64,000 nt of DNA from Chloroflexota bacterium. GTDB lineage: Bacteria > Chloroflexota > UBA11872. Positions 38,501 to 47,570 of the stretch are shown here, one piece after another. The translations under genes were made by a program, and so were the position numbers. The DNA lies in NCBI GenBank assembly GCA_026707285.1, contig JAPOXD010000034.1, positions 3,807 through 67,806 on the forward strand, written 5' to 3'. The notes under the pieces were generated by a model, which saw only the letters and a program-made list of their open reading frames with translations, had not been told where the DNA came from and ran no database searches. Position 1 is the stretch's first letter; each line of letters starts with the position of its first letter.

Positions 38501-39096
38501 GGCACCCGATCGAACACCTCGTGCGCCACCTGCACCGCTTTGGGAAGAAACGCCACGCCCAGAAGCAGGCCGAAGTAGCCAGCGACGAAGGAATCGAGGA
38601 AGAACGGCGTAGTCATATAGACGGTTGACGCCGAGAAAGCCCCCGGCCGACCCATACCTAGACGCTTGGCCGCCTGGTACATGAACACGCCACCCAGGGC
38701 GATGAAGATGATCGAGATACGGGACGTGAGCCAGCCATCCACGCCGGGGAGGAGCGTGAGGCCTCCCAGAAGGAGCATGAGGTACTGGCTCATCGCCCGC
38801 TCTTCCTCGGACGAACCAAAGAAGTTCGTCTGCCAGGCCGACAGGCGATCGATAGCGAATTCGGTGTTCTGCCAGTCGGTCGGCGGAATGGTCCAGTCGT
38901 CGCGCAGCCCGAGGTAGTCCGGGTTGAAGATCACGCCGCGGTGCCAGATGAGCACCAGCAGCAGAATGGCGATGTAGGCAGCCGCGTCCGGGTGGCGCGC
39001 GATCAATTGCTTGGCCGACGCAAGGGCACGCCGCGCACCCGGGAGAGACGGTGAGCGAACGCCCGGCTCCGCCGTGGAATCGAGACTAACGCTCAC
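35569..39096 (-). CDS. family-B polytopic membrane protein B1 (1175 aa; putative GT-C-like glycosyltransferase)
   Basis: About 13 TM helices in the first ~430 aa. An acidic motif LRDDW sits in the long first extracytoplasmic loop. A ~700-aa extracytoplasmic domain and a C-terminal TM anchor follow. Roughly 80% identical to B2. Confidence 0.65.
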   Translation of the reverse strand: MSVSLDSTAEPGVRSPSLPGARRALASAKQLIARHPDAAAYIAILLLVLIWHRGVIFNPDYLGLRDDWTIPPTDWQNTEFAIDRLSAWQTNFFGSSEEERAMSQYLMLLLGGLTLLPGVDGWLTSRISIIFIALGGVFMYQAAKRLGMGRPGAFSASTVYMTTPFFLDSFVAGYFGLLLGVAFLPKAVQVAHEVFDRVPSGRGFVRGSLWIGLAAASIHMAFVVTGLVGIYALFRAFTASGSRGQRLRRLGIVAAMGLSVILLHQAIAFISWQLIVVPSANQVMSAWSIEAAAQWIKGAAPTFAEALTLTGAPYNYSQDPVGPLAPVSGIRLIARGMLTGLALAAPVLLRGPARQQAMVGLLGFLALVLIGKGFNEPFSVIQDGVDATLMGAIFRNIRYLTAAAGLLLALLVGQTVAHLVARPPALQRTAGNVFVGAVIAGSTLPFWSGDLAGHLRTYRFDADTVAVVDNLRALPHNDRMVHLPMFWPSSYESRTGQNSSQGNPPPVLQPPKRSIWGGASSTLNGPYIATLNQGFYGPNRYPIDRLLAHGRFRNVMLDPHWVSAHAGFIQATGEPWLALQERQPRPRLALAQQPGLRRLDDLSVGEVELYEVTTLPAQRLSLPVRILVGSPSLRPLVTAWHMFDDPAKVTTASGQLGVAGIDGAPGGAVHAASEVWLGADPLDLTANYLPEGALVSPADQVWPELPDATLDWVAPYKNAWWYADPEIADMTRGLLTRADGVALTVTVDTTGATRELWIRHFVSPEGSALAVSLNGQFIARIETREAAGYGYRWTRVAAPTSGAGQHVVEIRSDGLGLNAVSQLGLFTSAAIEAAERAGERALDQLPVYTVLSDLGTTGGERNFRLARSGTYSVRLAAHPGLEPTLAIDGAPLPLERAKTEAGFDILTGVVTLDAGPHRLVLRGSPPPEPVVSVTHQPLAAEGFQACDSAVCDGAVRVEATVPSDGRTVAFVGRVDTGVDGVHLIGEQLYPNITYTLQREEAYQVDREVRVEVPLDPGASVATLDVAHIRKGLPGLRFELLRVEASPLPHGLSVILAHEGQQTTAGGGALSLTGDERGWASAEYSGEAGERLVRLDERFDPRWVLHVNGEEVSKERHVVLDGHFNGWFAELAAGDELTVTFTPNAGYFWILMTNLVVLFSMIVIGWAPVSRQRWRR

Positions 39097-39218
39097 ATGT
39101 GCTCAGCTTGCGTCGTCGCGGCGTCATGACTTCCAGGAACGATCCAGCGTCGAAATCGGACACCACCAAGGGCGGGTCCGGCATGTGGTCCACGGCGGTC
39201 TCGCTGCCCCAAGCTCAC

Positions 39219-39956
39219 CTACTCGGGCTTCGCCACGATGTGATATTCGGGCCCGTAGGGAGCCGGGGAGGATTCGCAGTGGAATCCGAGTGCGCCAAGT
39301 CGCGCAGTGGTGATGCCAGCCAATGCCTCGGAGTGAGCTTCGATCACCAAGGTCGGTCGGTGCTCGCGCAAGGTAGCCGCCGCTCCCCGAAGGACCTCAA
39401 GCTCAAGCCCTTCAACGTCAATTTTGATCAGCGACGGCGGCCGGAACTCATGGCTGAGATGGTCGATCGTTGTGGAAGTCACGGCAGCGTCGGGGACTCT
39501 CGACGAGGGTTCCGAGAGCTCGGCGACGGCGGCCTTGCGCACGACCGTGATGTGACCGAAGCCATTGAGCGCGGCCTGTCCTTCGGTTTCGGCGGCGTTC
39601 GCTGGATCCGGCTCGATCGCGACGACCAGCCCCTCCGGCCCGACGGCGCGAGCGCCCAAGAGGCTGTGAAAACCGCTGTGCGACCCAACGTCAAAGAACG
39701 TCTCCCCGGGTGAGAGACCTTCGACAATTGACTGCTGGACCACCGGTTCGAACGTCCCGAGCCAATACTCGGCCACGCCGTTTCGTTTGGAACGCCGCCA
39801 TCGCAAGCCCCTGGCGTGGCCCAGGTGGACCACAGTCTCGCTGCCATCACGATGGAGCGTGAGGATGCGCAGCACGACCGACCGCAAGAGTCGGTGGCGC
39901 ACGATCCAGGTCCGATGGGGCGCAGCCCAGCGGAGAATTTGGGTCAACACAAGCAC
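39219..39956 (-). CDS. FkbM-family methyltransferase
   Basis: 245 aa with the FkbM motif FFDVGSHSGFHSLL. Confidence 0.7.
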   Translation of the reverse strand: MLVLTQILRWAAPHRTWIVRHRLLRSVVLRILTLHRDGSETVVHLGHARGLRWRRSKRNGVAEYWLGTFEPVVQQSIVEGLSPGETFFDVGSHSGFHSLLGARAVGPEGLVVAIEPDPANAAETEGQAALNGFGHITVVRKAAVAELSEPSSRVPDAAVTSTTIDHLSHEFRPPSLIKIDVEGLELEVLRGAAATLREHRPTLVIEAHSEALAGITTARLGALGFHCESSPAPYGPEYHIVAKPE

Positions 39957-40168
39957 TCATCGTTGCACATGGTTGCGCGCCCTTGACCCAGCCGAACGAC
40001 GGGTGGGCCCTCGCCGCCGCATGCTCGCAGCTTGGCCACGACGCGACTGCCCATCGCACGCGTTGGACTGGCGTCCACACTGGCCCACGGTCGCCGCACG
40101 AGTCCAAAGCGGCTCATGGCCATTGGCAGCCACCGCCAGTGCCGCCGCCAGGTCATTCGGGTCCCGCG

Positions 40169-43100
40169 TCACCGACGCCACCACCGGCGTGGCGCCGGCG
40201 CCCAGGCAACCACAATCATTGCCACCAAGAAGCCCAGGTTCGCCACGAGTATCCAGAAGTAGCCGATGTTTGGCGTGAAGGTGACCGTCACCTCGTCTCC
40301 GGCCGCCAGATCCACGAACCAGCCGTTGAAGTGCCCATCGAGCACCACGTGACGCGCCGCGCTCACTTGGTCGCCGTTGACGTGCAACACCCACCGCGGA
40401 TCAAACCGCTCGTCCAGCCGCACCAGCCGCTCATTCGCCTCGCCTGTGTACGTGGCCGCCGCCCAGCCGCGCTCGTCGCCCGTCAGGACCAGGTCGCCAC
40501 GGCCCGGAGCGGCTCGCCGCCGCTCGTCGGCCAGCACCACGGTTAGGCCATGCGGCAACGGCGATATCGCCACCTCCAGCAACTCAAACTCCAGGCCGGG
40601 CAGCTGCTCGTACAAATGCGCGACATCGAGGGTGGCGGTGCCCGAGCCCGGATCGAGCGGCACCTCGACTCGCACGAGGCGGTTGTGCTGTCCGGCCTCC
40701 ACACGATGGCGTTCGCGCGTGATTTCGGGATAGACCTGGACGCCGCTGGCGTAGGCGTCGTCGGCGCCCGCAGTGACGCGGCCTAGAAAGGAGACCGTGC
40801 GCCCGTCGGACGGCACGTTGGCTTCCACGCGCACCGGGCCCCCGCATACGTCGGTCTCGCAGGGTTGAAACCCCTCCGCCTCCAGCGTGTGGTGGGTCAC
40901 GCTGACGACCGGCGCGGGCGGCGGCGGCGCGCGCAGGGTCAGGCGATGCGCGCCGGGCGCAAGATCCGCCACCCCCTCGAGGATGTCGTAGCCTGCCTCG
41001 GTCCTCACGCGCTCCAGCGGCACTTCCGCGCCATTGATCGCCAACGTCGGGTGCACGTGCGGCGGGGCCGCCAGCCGCACCGTGTACGCCCCGGCCCGTG
41101 CGAGCCGGAACGTACGCTCGCCGTCAGTCGTTCTCAGGTCCGGCAGCACGGTGAACACGGGCAACCGCGACAGCGCCTGCGTCGCCTCCCGCTCGGCGGC
41201 CGCAATCTCTGCCGTCGTCAGCAGGCCCAACTGCGACACAGCGTTGAGACCAGGGCCGTCGCTTCGAACCTCCACGACTCGCTCGCCTGGGCCGCTCGTC
41301 GGCGCCTCCACCCGCGTCCAGCGATAGCCGTAGTCCGCGGCCTCGCGCGTCACAACTCGCGCCACCGGTTGGCCATCGAGCATGATTTCGAGCGCCCCGC
41401 CTTCCGGGCTCACGAAGTGGCGGACCCAGAGCTCACTGGTCGCGCCGGGCGAATCGACGGCGACCGTAAATGCTGCGCCGTCGGCTCGGGTCAGGAGTCC
41501 GCGGGTCATGTCCGCGATCTCGGGATCCGCATACCACCAGGCGTTCTTATAGGGCGCTACCCATTCCCGCGTGGCGTCCGGGACCTCCGGCCACACCTGG
41601 TCCGCCGGACTCACCAGCGCGCGCTCGGGCAGATAGTTGACTGTCAGGTCCAGCGGATCCGCCCCCAGCCAGATCTCCGAAGCGGCGCGAACAGCGCCGC
41701 CCGCAGCCCCGGTGATTCCTCGAACGCCCACCTCGCCGCCGGTGAGCGTCACGGATCTTGCATCGCTGAACATGTGCCAGGCCGTGACGAGCGGACGCAG
41801 CGAGGGCGACCCGACGAGAATCCGCTCGGGAATGCCCAGCCGTTGCGCCGGGGGCGTCACGACGTCGTACAGCTCAACTTCACCCGCGGACAAGTTGTCA
41901 AGGTGGCGCAGTCCGGGTTGTTGCACCAGCGCGAGCCGCGGGCGCGGGCGCTGCTCTTGCGACGCCAGCCACGGCTCACCGGTTGCCAAGATCAGGCCGG
42001 CGGGCGCGCTCACCCAGTGCGGATCGAGCAGAACATTCCGAATCCGGCCAAACGCCAGCAGGCGGTCGATGGGATACCTGCTGGGGCCGTAGAGCCCCTG
42101 ATTGAGCGTGGCGAAATAGGGCCCATTGAGCGTCGAGGACGCCGAGCCCGAGATCGAGCGCTTGGGCGGCTGCACGACCGGCGGGGGGTTGCCGCGGCCG
42201 GAGGAATGGCCGGTGCGGCTCTCGTAGCTGCTCGGCCAGAACATTGGCACGTGCAACATCCGGTCTTCGTGGGGCAGCGCGCGCAGGCTGTCCAGCACCG
42301 CAACCGTATCCGGGTCAATCCTGTACGGGCGAAGGTGGCCGCCGAGGTCGCCGCTCCAAAACGGAAGAGTGCTTAGCGCCGCCAGGACGCCAATCAGAAC
42401 GCCGGCCGCGGCCCGTGGCAGCTCCAATGGCCGCGCGGCGAGGTGGGCCACCGTTTGCCCTACCAGCAGGGCCAGCAGCAGCCCGGCCCCGACGGTGAGA
42501 TAGCGGACATTCCTGAAGATCGCGCCGATCAACGTGCTGTCGAGCACATCCTGAATGACGGGCAGCGGCTCGTTGAAGCCCTTGCCGATTAGCACCAGCA
42601 CGATGAACCCGAGCAGCGCCATCACCGCCTGCCGCCGGGCCGGCCCGCGCAGCAGAACCGGGGCCGCGAGCGCCAGGCCGGCGAGCATGCCGCGGGCAAC
42701 GAGCCCGACGCCACTGACGTGGGCGAGGGGACCCTCGGGACTCTGGGAATAGTTGTAGGGGCTGCCGGTCAGGGTGAGGGCTTCGGCGAGCGTCGGCGCC
42801 GTTCCCTTGATCCATTGGGCGGCGGCTTCAATGCTCCAGGCCGACATGACCTCGTTGGCCGAGGGCACCACGAGGAGTTGCCAAACGATAAAGGCGATCG
42901 CCGGATGCAGGAGGACGACGCTGAGCCCCATGGCGGCGACGAGCCCGAGGCGCCGCAGGCGCTGCTCGCGAGAGCCCGACGCCGTGAACGTGCGGAAGAG
43001 CGCGTAGGCGCCGACCATTGCGGTCGTGATGAAGGTGAGATGTATTGAGCTGGCGGCCAACCCGATCCAGAGGCTGCCGCGGACAAAGCCGCGCACGCCC

Positions 43101-43696
43101 GGCGCGCGATCAAAGGTCTCGTGCGCAACTTGCACCGCCTTTGGCAGCAGCGCGACGCCGATGAGCATGGCGGCATAGCCGCTGATGAACGCGTCGAGAA
43201 AAAAAGGCGTCGTCATGTAGACGACGGCGGCCACGAAGGACCCCGGCCGGCCCATGCCCAGGCGCTTCGCCGCCTGGTACATGAAGACGCCGGCGAGCGC
43301 GAGGAAGACGATCGATACGCGCGACGTCAGCCACCCGTCGACCCCCGGAAGCAGCACCAACGCTCCCAACGTGAGCTGCAGGTATTGGGTCATCGCCCGC
43401 TCTTCCTCGGACTGCCCGAAGTAGTTGGTCTGCCAGGCCGAGAGTCGATCGAGGGCGAAGTCGGTGTTCTGCCAGGCGGCCGGCGGCGTGGTCCAGTCGT
43501 CGCGCAGCCCCAGGTAGCCGGAGTCGAAAATCAGGCCCCGGTGCCAGATCACCACCAGCAGCAGGATGGCCACATAGGCAGTCGCGTCCGGGTGGCGGTC
43601 GATCAGCCGCCCAATCCACGCGGATGCCCGTTTCAGCGCCCCCGCCGGCAGAGAACGACCGCCGTGCTCCGCAGCCGGAGCTGCGCTTACGCGCAT
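40169..43696 (-). CDS. family-B polytopic membrane protein B2 (1175 aa; putative GT-C-like glycosyltransferase)
   Basis: Same length and architecture as B1, with conserved LRDDW, AWWYADPEIADMTRGLLTRADG and a C-terminal anchor. Confidence 0.65.
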   Translation of the reverse strand: MRVSAAPAAEHGGRSLPAGALKRASAWIGRLIDRHPDATAYVAILLLVVIWHRGLIFDSGYLGLRDDWTTPPAAWQNTDFALDRLSAWQTNYFGQSEEERAMTQYLQLTLGALVLLPGVDGWLTSRVSIVFLALAGVFMYQAAKRLGMGRPGSFVAAVVYMTTPFFLDAFISGYAAMLIGVALLPKAVQVAHETFDRAPGVRGFVRGSLWIGLAASSIHLTFITTAMVGAYALFRTFTASGSREQRLRRLGLVAAMGLSVVLLHPAIAFIVWQLLVVPSANEVMSAWSIEAAAQWIKGTAPTLAEALTLTGSPYNYSQSPEGPLAHVSGVGLVARGMLAGLALAAPVLLRGPARRQAVMALLGFIVLVLIGKGFNEPLPVIQDVLDSTLIGAIFRNVRYLTVGAGLLLALLVGQTVAHLAARPLELPRAAAGVLIGVLAALSTLPFWSGDLGGHLRPYRIDPDTVAVLDSLRALPHEDRMLHVPMFWPSSYESRTGHSSGRGNPPPVVQPPKRSISGSASSTLNGPYFATLNQGLYGPSRYPIDRLLAFGRIRNVLLDPHWVSAPAGLILATGEPWLASQEQRPRPRLALVQQPGLRHLDNLSAGEVELYDVVTPPAQRLGIPERILVGSPSLRPLVTAWHMFSDARSVTLTGGEVGVRGITGAAGGAVRAASEIWLGADPLDLTVNYLPERALVSPADQVWPEVPDATREWVAPYKNAWWYADPEIADMTRGLLTRADGAAFTVAVDSPGATSELWVRHFVSPEGGALEIMLDGQPVARVVTREAADYGYRWTRVEAPTSGPGERVVEVRSDGPGLNAVSQLGLLTTAEIAAAEREATQALSRLPVFTVLPDLRTTDGERTFRLARAGAYTVRLAAPPHVHPTLAINGAEVPLERVRTEAGYDILEGVADLAPGAHRLTLRAPPPPAPVVSVTHHTLEAEGFQPCETDVCGGPVRVEANVPSDGRTVSFLGRVTAGADDAYASGVQVYPEITRERHRVEAGQHNRLVRVEVPLDPGSGTATLDVAHLYEQLPGLEFELLEVAISPLPHGLTVVLADERRRAAPGRGDLVLTGDERGWAAATYTGEANERLVRLDERFDPRWVLHVNGDQVSAARHVVLDGHFNGWFVDLAAGDEVTVTFTPNIGYFWILVANLGFLVAMIVVAWAPAPRRWWRR

Positions 43697-43787
43697 GCGG
43701 TCCCTAAGCGCAGCTCCCCCGCGTTATTCGGTCGGTCCGTGGCTGCCGTGGGAGCTCCAGCTTGGTCGGCAAGCACGAGGAACGCAC

Positions 43788-45131
43788 TTACGAACGGCCC
43801 GCGGCTGCCTCCGCCGGCTGACGCGCCGCGTCGGCCCGGTCGCGCCGGAGCACCCAGATGGCCCAACCGAGCATCCCGAGCGCTCCGGCGCCCAAGAACG
43901 CGTCGAGCGTCCACGCCACGGCGGTCAGGCTGTCGTGGCGAAGCCAGAGCGTGACGGCGCAGGCAACGCTGAGCGGGACAAGCACAACCCATACGCGAAG
44001 CGTACCGGCCCCGATGTGGAAGTAGGTAAGCATGGTCACGAGCGCCAGGAGCGATCCGGCAAGGGTGTAGCCCCAGACCAGCTGCGGCACGGGCACGTAG
44101 CGGTCCGCGAAGATGATCTGAAAAACCAGCTCGGGCAGAGCGACGATGATCAAGGCGGCGCCGCCGCTGATGAGGACCGTGAACGCGGCGGTCACCGCGA
44201 AGGTGCGGGTCAACGGCTCGCCGGCGGCTACGTGCCGAATGATGTGGGGGAGCACGACCTGCGCGGCGGGCAACGATGCGAAGAGGACGATGCGCCCAAC
44301 GAGGGCGGAGGCCGCGTACAGCGACGCGCCAGCATCGTCGAAGAAGTGCCGCACGACCAAGACGTCCACGTTTGTCAGGATGGCCAGCGAGAGCGCGAGC
44401 AATCCAACCCGCACGTGCGCCGACACTCCGGTCGCATCCGGGACAGCGCCAACCGGCGATTCCGTCGTCGCCCGCGCGATGTATGGCGCGGCGAGCACCA
44501 CGATCAGTACGCCGAAGAGACCGGAGAGCGCCGAGGCAGCCATGCCGCCGGCCACGCCAAAGCCAAGCGCCACCAATCCAACCCCGATCCCCGCGCGCAG
44601 CGCACCGTCCACCAGATTCGACGCCCCGAGCAGGAGAAACGCGCGCAAGCCGGTCAGCAGCGCCTTGGTGAACGGCACCACAAATCCGATGGCAACCGCA
44701 CAACCCAGCCAAATGACCGCGGCTCGGTTGTCGGTTCCAATCAGCGCTTCGACGACACCACTCGCGACGGCGACGACGATCCACGCGACCAAGCCAACAA
44801 CCCCGGCTCGGACGAGCGCCCGCCGCAAGACGACGAGGGCGGCCCCGCGGCCTCGTGCAACCACGGCGAGGCTGGTGCTGCGCGTGCCGATGGGCAGCAG
44901 CAGTTGCGACGGCACGGAGAGCACGGCAAACAGCGCCAGCACCGCGAACAGATCCGCATATTCTCCTGGCGCCAGCAGGCGCGCCATGGCCCACTGAAAC
45001 CCGAACGACATCAGGCTGGCGAGGAAGCTGAGGCCGCCAAGCACCACGGTATCGCGGGCAACGACGCGCGGCCCGGAGGATTCAGTTCCAGCGGCGCTCG
45101 ACACCGCGGCCGGGCGCGCGCCAGCGTGCAA
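43788..45131 (-). CDS. polysaccharide biosynthesis protein / Wzx-like oligosaccharide flippase (MOP superfamily)
   Basis: 447 aa with about 12-14 TM helices. The Wzx-like N-terminus reads LGGLSFLASLMSFGFQWAMARLL. Confidence 0.65.
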   Translation of the reverse strand: MHAGARPAAVSSAAGTESSGPRVVARDTVVLGGLSFLASLMSFGFQWAMARLLAPGEYADLFAVLALFAVLSVPSQLLLPIGTRSTSLAVVARGRGAALVVLRRALVRAGVVGLVAWIVVAVASGVVEALIGTDNRAAVIWLGCAVAIGFVVPFTKALLTGLRAFLLLGASNLVDGALRAGIGVGLVALGFGVAGGMAASALSGLFGVLIVVLAAPYIARATTESPVGAVPDATGVSAHVRVGLLALSLAILTNVDVLVVRHFFDDAGASLYAASALVGRIVLFASLPAAQVVLPHIIRHVAAGEPLTRTFAVTAAFTVLISGGAALIIVALPELVFQIIFADRYVPVPQLVWGYTLAGSLLALVTMLTYFHIGAGTLRVWVVLVPLSVACAVTLWLRHDSLTAVAWTLDAFLGAGALGMLGWAIWVLRRDRADAARQPAEAAAGRS

Positions 45132-45191
45132 TTGGCTCAGTGGTCTGCCAGGCGCACGAACACGGAGCGGTCGCTTTCAGGGACAAACACC

Positions 45192-46460
45192 CTAGCGGTC
45201 CGCCATCGTCGGAGGCTGCGTGGGCGGCGGGCCGGCCGACGCGCGCGACTTCGGCGATGCTGTCAGCCAAGGGTCCTCACCGGGCGACTCGCCGTCAGCA
45301 ATATCTCCCATGAGCAGTTGTAGCTCTCGCTCCGCCACAAGCGACCAGTCAAGCTCACTCACCCGGGCCAAGCCGCGCTTGGCAAGCTCATGACAGCGGG
45401 GCGTGTCGTCCAAGAGCGAAAGAATAGCGCCGGCAAGCGCCGGGATGTCCCCCTCGGACACGGCGTGGTAGGCATCGCCCCAGACCTCCAGGAGTTCCGG
45501 CAGGTCGTAGGCAACCACCGGAGTGCCAAGGGCCATGGCCTCGCCGATGGCGATTGACCAGTTCTCCTCGTGCGACGGGAGCACAAAGACTCGGGAGGCG
45601 CTTATGCACTGGTCTTTTTCTTCGTTGGTCACGGACCCCGGAAGATCGACGTTCTGTTCGAGGCCGTAGTGGCGAACGCGTTCCCGAACCAAATCCTGAT
45701 CGGGACCGTCACCCATCATCGCTAGCCTGGCGCGTGGACGCTGCGCGACGACAATCACCCACGCCTCAAGAAGACCAAAGACGCCCTTTGAGGCGGCGGT
45801 GCGCCCAACCGATGTGACGTCATACCGAGGCTGCCCCCGGCTCGGAGCGACCGCACGCAAGCCGGCCAAGTCCACACCGCAGGCCACGGCTGCGACCCGG
45901 CGCATCGGGTATCGATTGCGACGAAGCTGGTGCGCAGTCGCACGGGAGACGGCGAGCGTGCAGCTGGCAAAGAAGGCGGCAAAAAACAAAGAGAACCGGT
46001 GGGCGAGGAGAAACGCAAGCGCCTGATACCAGCGTGGTCCCTGACGGCGCCAAAACCGCCAAACCGGTACCAAATGCACGACAACGCCCAAGCGCACGCG
46101 CCGCCACCGCTGCAGCTTGAGCATGACGCCGGGTAACACGTCGTAGGGCTGATCATGCGCGGTAACGATCAGGTCTGGACGGAGGCGCCAGAGCGATCGA
46201 GGAAAAAACAAGCAAACGGCGATCGAGTGCAAGACGATCCACCAACGCCCTTCGCCGACCCGCCACCGCGTCATATGTCTCGTCGTTGTGAGGCCCCATT
46301 GCTCGCAGGTGTTTCCGGCCTGCGCACTCCCCATGAGGTGGATATCGTGCCCGGCTCGCTGCCATTGCTTCGCGATTTCGATGATCCTGACGCACCCGCC
46401 ATCGATCTGCTCGCGAACCAAACCGTTCATGATCAGCAGGATTCGCAATGGCGCAGGCAC
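45192..46460 (-). CDS. GT4-family glycosyltransferase
   Basis: 422 aa. Has the E-x7-E region (ENWSIAIGEAMALGTPVVAY). It is a paralog of 31139..32305. Confidence 0.8.
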   Translation of the reverse strand: MPAPLRILLIMNGLVREQIDGGCVRIIEIAKQWQRAGHDIHLMGSAQAGNTCEQWGLTTTRHMTRWRVGEGRWWIVLHSIAVCLFFPRSLWRLRPDLIVTAHDQPYDVLPGVMLKLQRWRRVRLGVVVHLVPVWRFWRRQGPRWYQALAFLLAHRFSLFFAAFFASCTLAVSRATAHQLRRNRYPMRRVAAVACGVDLAGLRAVAPSRGQPRYDVTSVGRTAASKGVFGLLEAWVIVVAQRPRARLAMMGDGPDQDLVRERVRHYGLEQNVDLPGSVTNEEKDQCISASRVFVLPSHEENWSIAIGEAMALGTPVVAYDLPELLEVWGDAYHAVSEGDIPALAGAILSLLDDTPRCHELAKRGLARVSELDWSLVAERELQLLMGDIADGESPGEDPWLTASPKSRASAGPPPTQPPTMADR

Positions 46461-46532
46461 CGGGGTCGCAAGCGCGGGATGCTACCACCGCCATCGCTGG
46501 GCTCGCGGAGATCGTGAGCGGGTTGACCGCCG

Positions 46533-47255
46533 TCAAAGAAACGCGACCGGTCCCAGCAGCGGCCCCATGATCGTGGCCGCCGCAACTCCACACCCCACCG
46601 TCGACGCGACGAGCCGACCAAAGCGCGCCTGTTCCAGCGTTGACCAGGCGATGCCGCCGGCCGCCACGCCCGCCATTACGGCAAGGACGACGCCGAGGGC
46701 TAGATAGAATGGGGCTTCGCTGGCTTGGGTTCGCAAACGAGCGAGCGCGCCCGCGTGACCGGTAATCGAAAATGCCAGATCGACATCGCGAGGGGCGTAA
46801 CCGAGGCGGTCGACGAATTGCCCATCCACATACGCATTGTTCCGAGTCGCGGCGACGTACAGCGCCGGCGAGCCGGACTCGGGAGCCACGATGCGGAGCG
46901 CCAAGGTCTCGGGCGGCACGTCAATCGGGTCAAACGGGAGGCGAGTTGGCTGAGGGTCGGCGCTTAACGGTGCTTCGAAGACGGCCGAGCGTATGGGCGG
47001 GCCGTCCAACGACCGCAGCAAGTGCGCCTCGGCGCGGGCCGGACGCGAGCCCTCGCTGCGAGTCCAAACGGTCATCGTCTCCACGACGCCTGAAGCAACG
47101 TCGATCGACTGGGTGACCGATCCGACGACCGGACCGAGTGAAAAAGCCGGTGACGGCAGGTTGCTCGGACCTGCGACCGGCACGCGCTCCTGTGCCACCA
47201 CAGCCGCCAAGGCCAGCGCCAACGCCGTCACAACCAGCCACGCGGCAACTCTCAC
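46533..47255 (-). CDS. companion membrane-anchored protein of family-A gene A2
   Basis: 240 aa from GTG (VRVAAWL). It overlaps the upstream stop (GTGA). Motif is PAFSLGPVVGSVTQSID. It is a paralog of 27153..27875. Confidence 0.55.
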   Translation of the reverse strand: MRVAAWLVVTALALALAAVVAQERVPVAGPSNLPSPAFSLGPVVGSVTQSIDVASGVVETMTVWTRSEGSRPARAEAHLLRSLDGPPIRSAVFEAPLSADPQPTRLPFDPIDVPPETLALRIVAPESGSPALYVAATRNNAYVDGQFVDRLGYAPRDVDLAFSITGHAGALARLRTQASEAPFYLALGVVLAVMAGVAAGGIAWSTLEQARFGRLVASTVGCGVAAATIMGPLLGPVAFL

Positions 47256-47570
47256 GAGTAGGCCCGAGGGCGCCACGGCAACTTCGGCCACGCCGACCAA
47301 ACAGCCCACGCAAGCAGCCCGGCCCACGTAATCGCGTGCCCCACGATGAGGGCGCGCTGTAGGCCGGATTCAAGCACCAGGGGTCCGGAGGCGCCGGGGC
47401 CCAGCTGCACGCTCAGCAAACCCAACTCGGAACGCTCAACGGTAGCTTCATGGCCGGGCAGCTGGGCGGTCCACAGAGGGTCCCAATACTCCTGGGTGAC
47501 GATTTCACGCGGCTCATCCGCACCTGGCGGCACGTCGATCACGAGGCGGTGCATGCCCTCGCGCCGCCAC
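47160..47570. repeat. near-identical duplicated block, copy 1 (3' end of A2 plus 5' end of its companion)
   Basis: About 400 bp that is near-identical to 49780-50190. The overlapping antisense ORF translations are identical except for 2 residues. Confidence 0.7.

Noticed and set aside
40169-43696. AWWYADPEIADM in family B as a possible STT3/AglB WWDYG oligosaccharyltransferase motif
   Set aside because: The match is only WW plus acidic residues. It lies about 260 aa into the soluble domain rather than immediately after the last TM as in STT3, so I treat it as coincidental unless structure comparison says otherwise.
35584-45323. Multiple 300-540-aa plus-strand ORFs (35584..36831, 37321..38628, 40865..42376, 43121..43954, 43695..45323)
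   Set aside because: All are antisense to the large minus-strand membrane protein and flippase genes and have R/G/D/H-rich non-protein-like composition.
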